A DNA stretch of 64,000 nt from the human T2T-CHM13v2.0 reference genome, Homo sapiens, in the NCBI RefSeq assembly GCF_009914755.1, contig NC_060929.1; one strand, written 5' to 3'. Below are positions 1 to 15,992 of the stretch, piece after piece. Each line of letters opens with the position of its first letter. Position 1 is the first letter of the stretch. Made by a program: the position numbers and the translations under genes. Under the pieces are notes generated by a model. The model was not told the origin of the DNA and made no database searches. It saw nothing but the letters and a program-made list of their open reading frames with translations.

Positions 1-800
1 ATAGTATCAAAGAAATAAAATACTTAGGTATAAATTTACAAAAGAAGTACAAAACTTATACTCTAAAAACTATAAAATCTTGTTGAAATAAGAACACCTA
101 AATAAATGGAAAAGCATCCCAAGTTCATGAATCAGAAAGCCTAATATTATTAATATTGTAATACTCCCCCAATTGATCTATAGATTTAATGCAATTGTAT
201 CAAAATCCCAGATGGTTTCTGTGAAAGTAGATGAAGTGGTCATAAAATTTACATTGAAATATAAGACAGCAAGATAGCCAAAATAATCTTGAAAAAGAGT
301 ATAGTTAGATGGCTCACATTTTCCAGTTTCAAAGCTTACTACAAAGCTACAGCAATCAAGACTGTGTGATACTGGCATAAACATTGACTGTATGATCTTA
401 AACATAGATCAATGAAATAGAGTTGGGATTCCTTCACGTTTACTGTCAATTGATTTTTGCCAAGAATGCCAGGCAATCCAATGGAGGAAAGAAGAGTCTT
501 TTTGTCATATAATGTTGGGACGATTGGATATCTGCTTGCAAAAGAATAAAGTTGGACTCCTATCTCACACAATACACAAAATTGCATAATGGGTCAAAGA
601 CCTAAGTGTAAGGTCTAAAACTACAAAATTCTTATAAGAAAACATGTATGTATGTATTTTTGAGCTTTGATTAGGCAACGGTTTCTTAAATATGATGCCA
701 AAAACATAAGCCACAAAGATAAAGATAAATTAGACTTCCAAATTGAAAACTTTTGTGCTTGATGTTTTTTACCATCAAGAAAATGAAAAGACAAATAGCA
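1..800 (+). mobile_element. Old L1 (L1M-type) ORF2 3' region, degenerate
   Basis: A-rich sequence with L1 ORF2 motifs (aaaatacttaggtataaatttacaaaagaagt, ctatagatttaatgcaat, ttactacaaagctacagcaatcaagactgtgtgatactggc); no intact ORF. Confidence 0.85.
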
Positions 801-2674
801 CAATTGTTCTTAATGTACTTACAAAGAAATGCATCTTGAAACTAGATACTTTTTTTTCCCAACTAGAACAAAAATGTTTTAATAGTGAGAAAATTTAGAC
901 TCAGTGATAGTGTGGGAATATATTCTCTGTTGCTTTTTTTTTACAAAGTAGTTTGGCAGTGTGTATCAAAATTTTAAATGTTCCTTTCTTTATATTCAGA
1001 AAGTCTACCTCTACTAATACACCATATCAAAATACAAAAATACACAAAGGTTAAAGAATAAGGATGACTACTGAAGAATCATTTACTATACCAAATAAAT
1101 GAAAACAACCCAAAAGCTTATCAATAGGGAAGACACTTAATAACGACTGGTATAGTCATTATGTATAGGATGACTGTTTTCTTATTTCTATAGGAGTGAA
1201 GTAAATCTGCATACATTAACGTGGAAAGTTGTTCATGCTAGATAAAGACAAGGGAAAAAATTATAATACATGACAATATGTATAAATATAATATCTTATG
1301 GTTTAATAAACATAAAACAAGGCTTTTGTGCCCATTATTTCTCAGGAAACACCTAAACATTACTAATTAGATAAATACTTGCTGCAATTATCATAGCTTA
1401 TGATATAGATTAGTACCCATAAGGGAAATAACTTTATCCCAAGTGAAAATACATGGAATTTGAATATTTGCCTTTTTGATGTTTGATTTAGGGCACAGTT
1501 TTGAAGTTACTCTTTGTTTATGCCATCATGACTTCAAACATATACTCCAAAATTGGTGAATATTTATTTAGTCAATTTCATGTAATACAGTAATGCATTA
1601 ATAGAAATGTAATTCAAATTATATATATGCATATATAATTGCCTGGAAATATATATGTCAAACAATTTTCAGTGGTTACTCAGAGTACAAATTGAAAAAA
1701 AAAAAGAAGAATTAAAGGGGGCATACTTTATCTTTTCTTCTCTAATCTTCTATGTTTGAATTTAACACTGGAATTTAATATTTTTATAACTAAAAATAAA
1801 GAAAGTGTTCAGTTAAATATGTGTTAAAGAAAATTAAACTTAAAGAATAAAAATATTACTACATTTAGAAAATGCTTTTTTTATATAAAGTAGTTTTGCT
1901 TACTCTTTACATTTTTTACTTTTTTCTTTTTCTATTCCTGGAACACTCAAAAATTGGCCACTTCCTTGAACTCAGTTTTTCTCTCTATAGATTTCTTTCT
2001 TAAGTATTGCTGAGACAGACTAGGTTAAACTTCTAATGTTTAAAAGTTCCCCATCTTGAAGTCTCTGATGCCTTGTTTTCTGTCTTTTTATTAGGATTAC
2101 ATCTCATTTATGTCCCACTTTTAGTACTCACTTTTCATTATTCTCTTGGTTTGACTGACTGTTTGTGCCAAACAGCATAACCCATTATTAAGAGTCTAGA
2201 GTATCCAAGTTTTGAGACTTGCACAGAGCGTTTTCAGTATCACTTACTGTTTTATGTGTATGCTTGTCAAAAGCAATTATGCCTGATTCAGCAAAATTCA
2301 ATGCTTTCTAACAAATGATCAGGAGGGTAAACAACTCATTTACATGGGGAGGTTTATATTTTCAGAATTGCCTCAAGGGAACCTTTCCAAGAGGCCAGAA
2401 AGGAATTCAGCAAAAAGGAAACAGCAGGAGGATCCTGTATTTCTCTGCGATTCAGCAGTGTTGGTTGCCAATACCAACATCATAACATTTCAGAGCTCAA
2501 TTTTCCATATTTTGAAACTTCTTACAGGGATTTCATCAAGCAAGTCAATCGACTATCAAACCCAACTGTGTCTGTTAGTTGCTGAACTTTCTACTTCATG
2601 GCACCTGAGCTAAGCTGCAGAAGTTTTACATCCTGATAATAAATCAGAAATGATAGACACTTACATTTGCTTTC

Positions 2675-2858
2675 TGGTTCTCAAACTTTGGCTTGCATCT
2701 GAATTGCTTGGAGGGTCTGTTAAGATGCAGATTCTTGGGCCCAACCACAGAGTTACTGATTCTATGAGTCTGGGATGGAGCCTAAGAATTTGCATTTCTA
2801 GTAAGGTCCCAGGTACTGCTACAGCTGCTGTTCTGGGCACTATATTTTGAGAACCACT
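2675..2858. mobile_element. MER5A-like hAT-Charlie MITE
   Basis: Terminal inverted repeats tggttctcaaa...tttgagaacca; internal cctaagaatttgcatttctagtaagg. Confidence 0.8.
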
Positions 2859-4124
2859 ATATTAACTCTTAAGTCCCCAGGGCCCCCCAGTTAATAACTA
2901 GATGCTTTAGCTCACAAAAAGATATGCTCCGGATTCTCAAATATTAAGGAACCCAAACATTAGTGACACAGCCTCTGAGTATGATTATTCCAAGAAGAAG
3001 AGAAAAGAATGGTATATGTGGCTAGCATTTTTGTAAAATAACACATCTGAGTGCTTATGAAAAACGGTACATCAGTGCTGAGATGTAGCAGATTGTCTTT
3101 TACAAGAGTGTTAATTATTTCAGTGTAAACAACTTATATGATCTTTATCTGACACCTTTGAATTAACTGGGAAGAGTGGACAAACTGAGGTTACATGTAG
3201 GTACTGTGCTTTAAGATTTCATGATTCTAAAATTCTCAAAACAGCAGCTTTTAACCATGTGCTTCGCTGGAATTGTCCACATTCACAGGAGAGAGTGTTG
3301 TCTAGAGGTAGATGCTTCTAAATAATTTCATTAGGCTTCTGATCATATAAGGAGCTTTCTGGTCTTTAAAGCAAAATTCATTCAGTTCTGGTTTGTAATT
3401 AAGCAAAATTACCATGCTTCATATTTGTTTCTTTTGGTTTGGCAACTGTGACAGTTAATTACTAATACTGTTATTAATTAAAAGTGAAAGCTGTTATTAT
3501 TACAGCATAAACTGGAACTGTGCCAGACAAAGTAGGAACATAAGAACATCCAACTTATTCAGCAAATCCAATGCCAGATGCAGTGCTGTTTCATGTACGC
3601 TTAAATGTTTTCCTTTTTTTATGTCATATTGAAATGGGCAGAGCTTTTATTTTATCACCAGTTTGGTCAAATTGATTTTCAACTGAATCATACCCATTGG
3701 CATGGATTTCCAGAAAGCTGAGATTTGCCTTATGAGAAGCCAAAGGCAACTTCAATTTTACTAAAAACATCACTTAGGGTGGGAGGAGGCTATATGAGCC
3801 TTCCCTTCATATATACTTAGGTTGGAAGAGGAATAATAATTCATCTTTACTGCAAATTTTCATGAGTGTAAAATTGGAGCATGTTATTAAATCAATAATA
3901 TTTAATATTCATAAATGTTTTGAAAACATTTTTGTAGTCTTATCATTTAAGTAGTTCTGTAAAAGTGTAATTCTCATTCATATTTTATGTTAAGATAGAT
4001 GAAACATAAAGAGGTAAGGCAGTTTCCTTAGGCCCTAAAACAGCTGCTTTGTAATAGAGAGCGAAAGAGAGAGCACTGGGACTAGACTCCGTTCCCTGAC
4101 CCATGATAAAAAGAATGGACTTTC

Positions 4125-4410
4125 GGCTGGGCGCGGTGGCTCATGCCTGTAATCCTAGCATTTTCGGAGGCTGAGGCAGGTGGATCACCCGACGTGAGAA
4201 ACTCGAGATCAGCCTGACCAACATGGCGAAACCCCGTCTCTACTAAAAATACAAAAAATCAGCCGGGCGTAGTGGCAGGTGCCTGTAATCCCAACTACTC
4301 GGGAGCCTGAGGCAAGAGAATCGCTTGAATCCAGGAGGCAGAGCTTACTGTGAGCCGAGATCACGCCATGCACTCCAACCTGGTCAGTAAGAGCGAAACT
4401 CCGTCTCAAA

Positions 4411-4441
<31 letters not shown>

Positions 4442-4446
4442 TAAAA
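4125..4446 (+). mobile_element. AluS (Sp/Sq-like), full length, (AAT)n tail
   Basis: Alu dimer; TSD ataaaaagaatggactttc 4106-4124 / ataaaaagaattgactttc 4447-4465. Confidence 0.97.
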
Positions 4447-4568
4447 ATAAAAAGAATTGACTTTCTAGTCAAGCACAGGTTGTTTGGATTCCAGCTCTTG
4501 TTTTTACTAGCTGCATGACACTGAACAAATGACTCAACCTTTCCAAGCCTCAGGTTGCTTATCTGTAA

Positions 4569-4927
<359 letters not shown>

Positions 4928-5384
4928 TAAAGATTACAGCTGATTCTGTGTAAAGTACCAAGCACACAAGTAGTCAATGAATGTAGTTATTATTAGCACA
5001 TACTGGGTATTGGGATTCTAGATGGTAGGTTCTGTGTGGCCAAAAACCATGTCTCTTTTGATCATCATATCCCCAGAATCTAGCACAGTACATGGCACAG
5101 AGAAAACAGTCACTGAATATACATTGAATGAATAAATGCACCAGACATAGTAACTACTTATCATTTAATTAATCACATGGCTTGACATGGCCATCCTTAT
5201 ACAGATGTTAAAGTGTACTGGAGTTTTTTTGGTGTGAACAAAATTACCTAAAATGTTACCCCCAATTGCACAATATGACCCTTACCCATTTTTATCTTTA
5301 TATTCCTAGGCTCTGTGATACAAAGAACAATGCAAACAATAACATAGCATTTTTATGTCAATTCTTCCTAAAAACTTAGAAACT

Positions 5385-5515
5385 GCTCCTTATTTTTTCC
5401 TTTAAAAATCCATTCGTAATGGCTGCTAGTGGAAGAATATACTGAGGGTAATTTGCATCTGTGTCTCCTGCATTTCAGTCCTCAAGTTTGGCCCAAATAA
5501 ACTATTTACTTATGT
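5385..5515 (+). mobile_element. ERV1 LTR 3' fragment (MER34/MER39-like)
   Basis: cctttaaaaatcc...cagtcctcaagtttggcccaaataaac resembles the recalled LTR R/U5 region with AATAAA. Confidence 0.45.
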
Positions 5516-7238
5516 TTTTTAAATGCACAAGAGATTATGCCTGTGCACTGATCTCATCTTCTTGGAAACAAGACAGGTAGATGAGGATAGAGATGGTTAG
5601 CCATTGTGATACTTTCTCCCAAACAGAATAATGCATTGTACTTTTTACCGGGGAATGTGATGGGACGGAAATACCGACTCTTGGGAGACAGCATCCTGTA
5701 GTATTAGAGAAAACTCAAACAGATCTCCAACTCTGGGATGACCTAGGTTAACTGACATGGAATAAATCCTGTGTTAAGAGTCTCAAGCCTCAGTGAGGAC
5801 AAGGCAGGGCCTTAGCTTGTGCACAAATGTGGGTATTCACATGCAGAAGCACATGAATTCAGAGCAGCACATCAAGAGAAACCCTTCCATAGAATGGAGT
5901 TTAGAATGTGCCTCACACCCACCCCCTGTAAACTGGTGGCCAAAATTGATTGAATCTGAATTAATTTTTGGTGCTTTGATGCCAGAAAAATTTGGATTTG
6001 AAACTGAGCTCTTCTACACTCTAGCTCTTTAAGTTGTGCAAGTTACCTAGCCTTCCTTGCCTCAATGTACTTATATATTAAATGACGATAATAATAGAAT
6101 CTAGATGCCTTAAACACTTGACAGGTACTGGCTGTGATGATGTAGCAAGTTAGAAGACATCCTGAGAGTGGTACCTTTACTGGTGGGAGAGGATTGGGTA
6201 GAGCTTAAGATACAGGGTTTTCAGCTGGGTAAACAAAAGAGAATTGGTATGTATCAAAGGCAAAGATGAGGGTAACCCAAACACATTTTCACCTATTTAA
6301 CAATTTCACTTGAGGATAACATGAGGGGGGTAAATATCAGTGGAAATTGCCCATAGTTATTCAACTTGACAGGCTGGTGTTATCTAGTTTTTCACTGTTC
6401 TGCAAAATCAGGATTTTAAATGTGCACTTTTCTGCATATCTTTCCAATGACAGAATTGGAAAAATGCCAGACTATGTTCAAAAACAACTCTCCTGTTGGG
6501 TTCTAGCAGATCGAGTTTATCATGACCATTAATCTCACGGATGATGTTGTAACTTCTGCTTTTTTTGCTTTCTCTATCTTGACCACAGGCAAACTTATAG
6601 TTTATCAATTCTGATCCTTCTCACTTCCAGGAATCTAGTGATCCCAATGTAAATGCTTTCCACTTGTGCAATAATCAGGAAAAGTGTGCTGATGGCATTA
6701 TCCACACAGAGGTGTATATTATTTTTCTCAAAAGGTTGGCAATGTGAAAAAAAATGCCTGGAGAGGCTAATTCTTATCTCAAAGGAATTCATATTTTATG
6801 ATGGAATTTCAGGCTTTGTAGAAATTCATGGGAATGAACATCTATTGAGGTAGGAAAAGAATATGAGTTGGGGAAAAAAACGAGAATTTTTTTTTTTCAT
6901 CCCTCTTGTAATCGCCCATGTCTACATATCTCTGTCAATCCCCATTCTGTCTAACACATTCAACCATTAGAGAGAAAATCCACAAAACACAGGATTTGTA
7001 ATGATTGTGAGAACAAACATATTTAAGAAACACTGACGTATACTGTGTATAAATTGTTCAGCCCAATGTATTAAAATTTAAAAATGTAAGAGTAGAGCAC
7101 AGGCAGGATTATTTTCTATGATTGTAATGAATTTCTGTGCAGATTCTAACAAGTAAATGAAACAAACTTAACTCCAAAGTAGACACTATAGATTAAGAGC
7201 TAAAAATAGTCATTTTCTTAACCATTAGAAGTGGGCAG

Positions 7239-7545
<307 letters not shown>

Positions 7546-7603
7546 GAATTGAGCAGCATGTCTTTAGCCTAAGAGATCCTCAATCCTCAAATTCTCAGGC
7601 AGT

Positions 7604-7604
7604 C

Positions 7605-7667
<63 letters not shown>

Positions 7668-7747
7668 CTTTCTTTCTTTCTTTCTTTCTCTTTCTTTCTT
7701 TCTTTCTTTTTCCTTCCTTCCTTCCGTCCTTTCCCTCCCTCCCTCCC

Positions 7748-7818
<71 letters not shown>

Positions 7819-7845
7819 CTCTCTCTTTCTTTCTCTCTCTCTCTT

Positions 7846-7892
<47 letters not shown>

Positions 7893-7907
7893 CGCTTTCT
7901 TTCTTTT
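7604..7907. repeat. Compound (TTTC)n/(CT)n/(TTCC)n microsatellite, expanded tail of the adjacent Alu
   Basis: About 300 bp of almost pure pyrimidines abutting the 3' end of a minus-strand Alu. Confidence 0.97.
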
Positions 7908-8268
<361 letters not shown>

Positions 8269-8417
8269 TAGTACTGATCATGGTAGCTGACACAGAGCAG
8301 AGGCTCTATAAAGATACGTTGAATAAATGAATGAATACATGTATTCCATATACTTTGGTTGTAATAATGTTTATACTGAGAGAGTGGTGATCAGTAAGAT
8401 GGATTCCTTATGTCACC

Positions 8418-8832
8418 TGTTGTAGGGAACCCAACTGACTGACAGCTTCAGGGGCTGTCCTTCCGGATCCATCATTGTATTTGTGCCGGGGTCATGCCTC
8501 CCAAGAACTACTCCTAGCCAATGACTGAGCACAGTGTGGGGTGGGGATGGAGGAAATTAATGAGGGCTAATTTCTGTGAGACATGGGACTTTCCAACAGT
8601 CCCAGATAGTTCCCATTGCCTGGCCAAACCTTACTTGGAATTATGCTGCCATCTGAGACTCTTCTACCAAATCCTTCTTCTTTCCCTCTCTCCTTCCACT
8701 GGTGTCAGACTGACATTACCATCTTAAATATCTCCTTGTCTTCTCCTGCTTTCTCTCCCAGTACATTTCTTGCAAATCTTATTCTGTCTTTTAAGCAGTC
8801 TAATCCTGCTTTTAAGTAGTCCTGAAATAACA
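8418..8832 (+). mobile_element. LTR16-like ERVL solo LTR
   Basis: Starts TG and ends ACA; motifs agccaatgactgagc and tgccatctgagactctt recalled from the LTR16 family. Confidence 0.6.
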
Positions 8833-10159
8833 GGCAGATATACAGTGGCTAAGTCAGGGAGAGGCATGGGAAAGTCTATGCCATGAGCAGTTTATATTTA
8901 ACTTGTGTTAATCCGGCCCAGCACATTTAAAAAAAATTAGTAAAGAAATTTTCATCACATCAGCAAAGTTATCATTAGTCTCACTCAAATGTACTTAGTA
9001 ACAATGACTTTACTCCTTAAAAACACCCTCTCCCACTACTGGTATCACCAGGGAGTCATCCATAGACATGAAATGAGAACATTCCTAATCTGAGTATACA
9101 CTGAGAAGCAACAAAGGTATTTACAGTACCACCATGATTACAGATTTAGATTAAAAACCGTGAGTTTAAAAAAAAGTGTGGAATTACTTACATGGTATAC
9201 ATGTTAGGCTTACTGCCTAATATTTCTTCATAGAATCCAGTATTATTTGAAGCTCTGGGCATGTGAACCAAAGCTTATTTTTACAGCTGGGCTTAACATC
9301 CTCACTTTGGATGATTTGTGACACAGTGACACCTCATGTGTCTAATAAACTATAAAAAATGGTAAATCTTTTGGAATTTGAATGTCTACTTAATTTTACA
9401 CTTAATCATATATTTAATCTTCAAAGAAGCAAAAGTTGTCAGCTGCATATAAGTCTTATAATTGCAACAGAATGCTTATTTCCATATAATGTTTGTGCAG
9501 TGCTGAGAGCAAGGTGGGCATTCAATACCTACCCATGGATGAAAATATTTTGAAAAAAATGATTACTAAGATACAGAAACAGATTCAAATGGACATTTTA
9601 GTATTTAAGTCAAGATATCTTCAGCAGACACATTTGGTTAATAAAAACCAACAACTGAAATGCAAAAGATGATATTAGTTCTTAAAGTCAAGCTGGATTC
9701 TTTCCAGCAGGCAGGGAAAGGCCATTACCCAAAGGGCCAAGTCATTCCCAGCGAGCTCTCCGCAGCCAGCAAGCACAGCCGTGAACTGGAATAACATTTA
9801 CTGGAATGGGATGCGGAGGCCTCCTTTTGGATGACTCTAGAGTGATTCACAGGAACAATTTATAAAATTTTCACAGGGTTTCAAACTTTTTCCTGCTTTT
9901 TGAAAAATATATGCATTTCTACAAGCAGGGCAGAAGGGGCAAATGCGGGAATGTGGATGGTTCCAGTTCATTGTCCCTCTCATTTCAGTGCAGACCCTGT
10001 GATTGCTCTTTTATTTTATTTTATTTTTAATGTAGCTCAAAAGGCTAAAGGGAAAAAAAATCCATCAGCTGTGAAGAATGACTAAGTGCCACCTGTTTGC
10101 ACAAGTAGTAACCATGCGACTCCTACATTCTGATAGTTTTTAAAAAATTAACATGTGTT

Positions 10160-10161
<2 letters not shown>

Positions 10162-10199
<38 letters not shown>
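10162..10199. repeat. (GT)19 microsatellite
   Basis: Read directly from the sequence. Confidence 0.99.
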
Positions 10200-10200
<1 letters not shown>

Positions 10201-12276
10201 TTGGGCATGGTTAGGTTTGCTCTTGCCCTAGGTCGGCATATCTAGTTTCAGTTCTAGGCAGCCATGGACAATTTGCCTTTTTATTCTACTTGGAAACTCT
10301 GCTGATAAAGCTGTTTAAGGGGCTCAGGTGCTGACAGGCTGGGCACTGTCAGTATCTGGGATTACAGGAAGTCCATCAGATTACTGAGCTGCGTTTGCTC
10401 CACACGTGGTAGCAAGGAAATGAAAGTCATTCATTGTGCTTTTTCCTTGCTCCCTGTCACTGGCAGTTTAAGACCCTTCTTCAAACTCTTTGACTGAATC
10501 ATAATTTTATATGCCAATGTTTTAGCAAAATTACACACTGGTGTTACTATAAGTGATAAATAACAATGCTTTTCATGTTTCTTTTACATTTAAATTTTAC
10601 AAATTTAAGCTCTTATTTTAAAAATTATATCACCTTCTCCCACTTCGCTGTATCCTGACCCCAGAGCAAATACATAGTCACACACAGGCTACAAAAGCCT
10701 GGGATATAAACTGGGTCATTTTTGTATTCACATGCAGTGATGGATCGCTAATTTTGGTGTGAATCATGGAGTTAGGTGGGACTTGTTAAAAATATATGTT
10801 CCTGAGTCCCTATGCTGAAGGCCCTAAATCAGGACCTTTGGGAATGGCTCTCTGGGTCTCCTACACAGTAGTCTGAGAACAATCGCTACATTAATTCCCT
10901 AATGTGGTCTCAATTCAGTGGAAATAAGACTTTCAACTCCTTTTTAAAGCCTTTTCTCCTATCACCTTACCCATGTCACAAGCTACTTCTATGAGCCCCT
11001 GAACACCGGCTCACTGTGTGTCTGAGAGCAGTCACCTTGGCTGCCCTGGGACTCCATGGTGTTTCTCCTGCTTCCCTCAGCCCCCTTTGGGCAAGTCTTG
11101 TGCAAGACTAGAGAGTAGCAAGCACTCTCTAGAGCTAACGCCTGCCCCATATCTGTGCCGAGAGTAGTCATTTACTCTCCTTTTGCTGTGAAAGCCACCC
11201 TTGTTGATTCCTCTCTATCAAACCGGCTGCCCTGAACGTACTGCAAAGTTCTACCACGAAAAGTGGAAACTGCAGCACCAATAGGCTTGCTCTTCAAATT
11301 ACCAGCTCGGTGCTTATGATGAAATTGAAGATCTGTTTCTCTACCTATAAAATAAGAGTTGTATTAAATAAATTTTTGAAGTGCTTTTCTACTTTAAAAT
11401 TGTATGCTTCTAGATGGCTAGTAATTTTTGTACTTGTAGCACGTTAGAGTTATGGAACTCTCCAACAGCAGCTGTTTTGGCTCATATGATTTCCCAATCT
11501 GTCTGTGGGCTCCCTGCTTGGGAGGTGTCCTCTCTCATGAGACAGAACTTAGCAGAAATAGTGTCTTGGGTGTGGCTAGTCAGCTACAGGAGGCCAAAGA
11601 GAAGGACACTAATCTAGAGATGGGAGGGTAGAGCCATGTAAGGAACCACATAGCTAATCAAGTAGTCCAGGCTAGTGATAGGTATATAAAGAACTAAATT
11701 CAAGAGGCAAAAGAATTTGAAATATTATAAACAAAAATTGGGGGTGGGGTTTGCAAGAGAGATGTTTGGGAAGTCTAGGTTACTGGCAGGCATACTCAGA
11801 TCAAAAATCAAATCTCTTTTAAGAACATAGAGAATGTTAGAAATTATCATTGAAATCTTGGGGTGGACTGGGGTTTGCAAGAAGGTGTTAAGAAAAGAAA
11901 TGCAAACTTGACATTGGCTGGCAACAGCCTCTGATTCAGCCTTCTCCATAAGATACCAACAGGTTGGTTGCTACCTTTCCCTACAGCCAAAAGGGGTTCC
12001 AGCCTATGTTCTCAGCCTCCTTAGGCCTTGAATTAGTTTGGCCAAGTATTTAGTAGAGGAGAAGGTTGGGGCCACTAGCTGGTAGTGTGTGAGATCAGGC
12101 TTGCTCTATTTCCAGTATCCAGGATTTGCAAGGTGGGACTGAGATGACTTGGCTGAGTTGCAGCCATCCCTTCCTTACTTCTGCCCCATTTTCTTTGTCC
12201 CCATGACTATCTTTCTGCCTTGCTGTCTCCATCTTTTATCCCAGTTCTCTGGAGCTTTGCCAGTTTAACTGGGGTT

Positions 12277-12753
12277 TGCATTTGTTTCCTAGGGTTGTCC
12301 TAACAATGTATCACCAATCTGGTGGTTTAAATAACAGAAATGTATTGTTTCACAGTTTTGCAAACTGGAAGTCTGAGATCTAAGTGTCTACAGGGTTGGC
12401 TTCTACTCAGGGCTGAGGGAGAAATATGTTCCATGTCTCTCTCTAGCTTCTGGTGTGTTGCTGGCAATCTTTGATGTTTCTTGGCTCCTGTTAGTTACCC
12501 TGATTTACTCCTTTATCTTTATAAGGTGTTCTCCCTGTGGGCATGTCTATGTCCAGTTTTTCCCTTTTCATGAGGAGATCAGTTATATTGGATTAGGGGC
12601 CCACCGTCTTCCAGTATGAGTATGTTCTTATTTTAATTAATTATATCTACAATAACTGTGTTTCCAAATAAAGCCACTGTCTGAGGCTCTACAGGATTGG
12701 ACCTCAATATATAAACTTTTTTTTTGAAGAGGGAAGCAATTCAACCTATAGCA
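12277..12753 (-). mobile_element. MLT1 (B/C-like) MaLR solo LTR
   Basis: tttcctagggttgtc...aacagaaatgtattgtttcacagtt...gaagtctgagatc...ggattaggggcccacc...attcaacctatagca. Confidence 0.85.
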
Positions 12754-12766
12754 AGGTTATTGCCTG

Positions 12767-13059
<293 letters not shown>

Positions 13060-15607
13060 AATTGCCTAGTTTTTAATCAAACTGTTTTTCTTACACTGGA
13101 AACTTCCTACCTGCATTTCCCAGTTATTCCCAGGAATTGAGCTTTAAGCTAGAGAGACCAATCAGAATCACTGTACTGATTGTAGCTCACCCGATGAAAA
13201 CCACTCAGCCTAGAATCCTGTTACCATGCCTTAGCTACCTGATCAGACTCCCATGGCTAGCACTGCTGACCCTGGAAACTTCAAATCTGTGCTTTGAGCT
13301 GTTTATGTTGCCATTTTGCTTTTTGAGACCTGTCCTATATACAGGTTAGCACTCTCCACCTTCTTCTACTTCTCAGTGCCTCCTCTTCTTATCCGTATGG
13401 TACTTCTCCAGGCAAGTGCATGTAGCCAATAGCTTGGAAAGCCTCATAGCAATAACAGTACTTCCACAGGCTGTAGGAACTATTAGTTCAATTAGTAAGT
13501 CATGTAGATTCAAACAACATCTTTGCACTTTAGAATTCACAAAATACTGCCAAGAATACTACCACCAAATCACATATAGTCTATGGGTATTTCAACTATG
13601 AGTGGCCTATGGAAAATCTATAGGTAATGTAGCTTAAATGGTGGGTCAAAATATGAGAAAGTTGTGAGCCATCTATATAGTACAATGCTTCCTTCACTTT
13701 CAAGTTTAACTTGCTGGAATATTTCTGAGGAAATCCTCATGAATCACTCATTTGGCAAAACTTCTGTTTTGAGCATTAGCTCTGTACCTACTGTACTAGA
13801 TTTTGGAGGTAAAGACATGAGTGAGAGGTGATTTCTGATGTAGGGGTCATGAGCCCCCTTCCAAAGGATTATTCAAAGGACCAATAATTTGACTAGATGA
13901 TAGAAGTTACTGAATTTGTCAAGTCCATAAGACAAGTATGAAAAGATTAATTTCTTATATCTGGGAATGGAATGAGCAACAGAGGTGGGAAGTTTGGCCT
14001 GTGACTTTTGTTCTAACACCAAGACTGTTGCATTCTCTGGGGATGGTTTTTTATTAGAGGCTAATTAGTTCTCTTGGCATGAACTTGGACATCTCCGCCC
14101 TCTGACATAACTGTGAATCCTCTCCAGGGGCCCCATAAGGCTCCAACATAGCAGCGCCAATTTCTGTGGTTGGTTGACAAGTCAAAGAACATCTCCAAAA
14201 GAAATAAGGCAAGTCCAGAGAAAGAGAAGCGTAGGAATGGGTGGTAGGGGTGTAGGGGTGGGAAGCTGAAAGGAGCTAAAATCGGGGGGGGCGGGGGTGA
14301 AAAGCTGCTAGATTTTCATAAAAACACAGTAGTAATAGATTCTGCCAAAGCAGCTGCCCTGAATTCTCTCCTGTTTACAGTAAAATAGTAATGAAGGGAA
14401 ATTGTAGATGAATATTACCCAAGGAACAACTTTTCTCGGAAACATAAGTTCATACAAATAAATTGGCCTTAAGGCAAGTTAAGAAGCAAAGAAAAGTTCC
14501 TATATGGGACAAAAGGAAATTTGTTGTCAGTTCTGGCTGCACGGCTGGATCCACCTCATCTGCTGGGCGGAGGCTGCTCTGTAACTTGTTCTCCATTGGC
14601 TGCAGGCTTGGATGGTTCATCCCTGCAAGCTTCTCACATGGCGTTCCAGAGTCTCTCCTATAACAAATCATCAGGACACCACCATGACCTCAGGACAGCT
14701 GTGTGAAGCAGGCCAGAGACGGAGACTGCAAACCAATGTAGCAAGCCAGCTATATAGGATAGACACAGATTTTGGAAGTCATTCCTACTGATTTACCTTG
14801 TTTTGAGTAGCTCTGAATGTTGATATTATACTCTTAATCTGAACTTTACAGCAGAGGTTCCTCCATGGTTTTAGTTTGAGCTTAGCTGGCCCTCCATCAG
14901 CTGCATAGAAGCCCTCTCTCAGCAGTCCTAGTGTGCTGAACAAATGTGTTTTACCTCCAACTCTTCTTCTTCCTTTCCTTCACTTTCCCCCAAACTTCTC
15001 TTCAACTCCTCATCTGTGTTTGTTCTCATAATGGTTATTTACCTGTGCTCCTTTGATTCTGTGTAAAAAGCACTGCTATTGCATTTCTTGCCTTTCTTAG
15101 AGTTGTGCCTATGAAACTCTTCCCCCTGTTCGGTGGCCCATCCTGCCTGTCACTACCTGGACTTTTCTGATGGCAGAGACTACGCCTCAGACACCCAAGC
15201 ACTCTTGCATAATGTTTGGCAAGGATGGCCCCATCTATCCTAATCTGGAGGCAACAGAGGGACAATTCAGATTTCCTCACAAACGTTTCTTGGTGATGTA
15301 CCACTGGCATTTCACATCAAACCAAACTTCACTTCTTAATGAGGGGAAAACACCATGTGCAGGGCAGTATGCAAAGAGCATTGTCATAGCTCCTGACCTC
15401 AGTGACCTTGCAATCCAGTGAGAGCGGTGGGGCACAGACTTATGGAAGGATATATAATAACTCTAGGCAAGGCTGTGGTGGGTAAGTGCATAAAACTCAA
15501 AGTCAAGAGACCCAAAGACTAGTCTCCTCTCTACCAGGAACAAGGTGTCTAAACCCAATTTCCAGGGCTCAATTCTCTATTAGTAAATTGAAGGGAATAA
15601 GCTAGAT

Positions 15608-15992
15608 CAGTGTTTCTCAAAGCATGAGATGTGATTTTTTTTTTAAGGTAACACATAGACCCTGAATTAAATAAGATTAAATCACATGGTAAGAAAGTTA
15701 TTTCCTTTTAAATTCTCTTTCTGGTCACAAAGGGATGCAGCCACTAGCTGTTTCAGACTCAGGGTCTTTGCATACTGTAGAAGCTATGACTGATAAATAA
15801 TGCTTTTTAAAAATTGTATTCATTTTCACACAATATTTTGTTAGTACTATTTCATTTATGCAAATTTATTTTTAATATATTTTAGCAAAATAAATGAGTT
15901 GATTTAAAGAAATATATCAAGAAAATCATAGACCATGTTATGTGAATATAATAAAAATTATGAATGTTGTGCTAAAAATGTGAAGCTTAAGA
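15608..15992. mobile_element. hAT-Charlie MITE (subfamily uncertain)
   Basis: Begins with the Charlie-type terminus cagtgtttctcaaag; internal aatcacatggtaagaaagttatttccttt. Confidence 0.45.

Noticed and set aside
11094-11132. Two adjacent small hairpins (7-bp and 9-bp arms) and a p53 half-site GGGCAAGTCT
   Set aside because: Stems this short are expected by chance in 64 kb, and the second p53 half-site is poor
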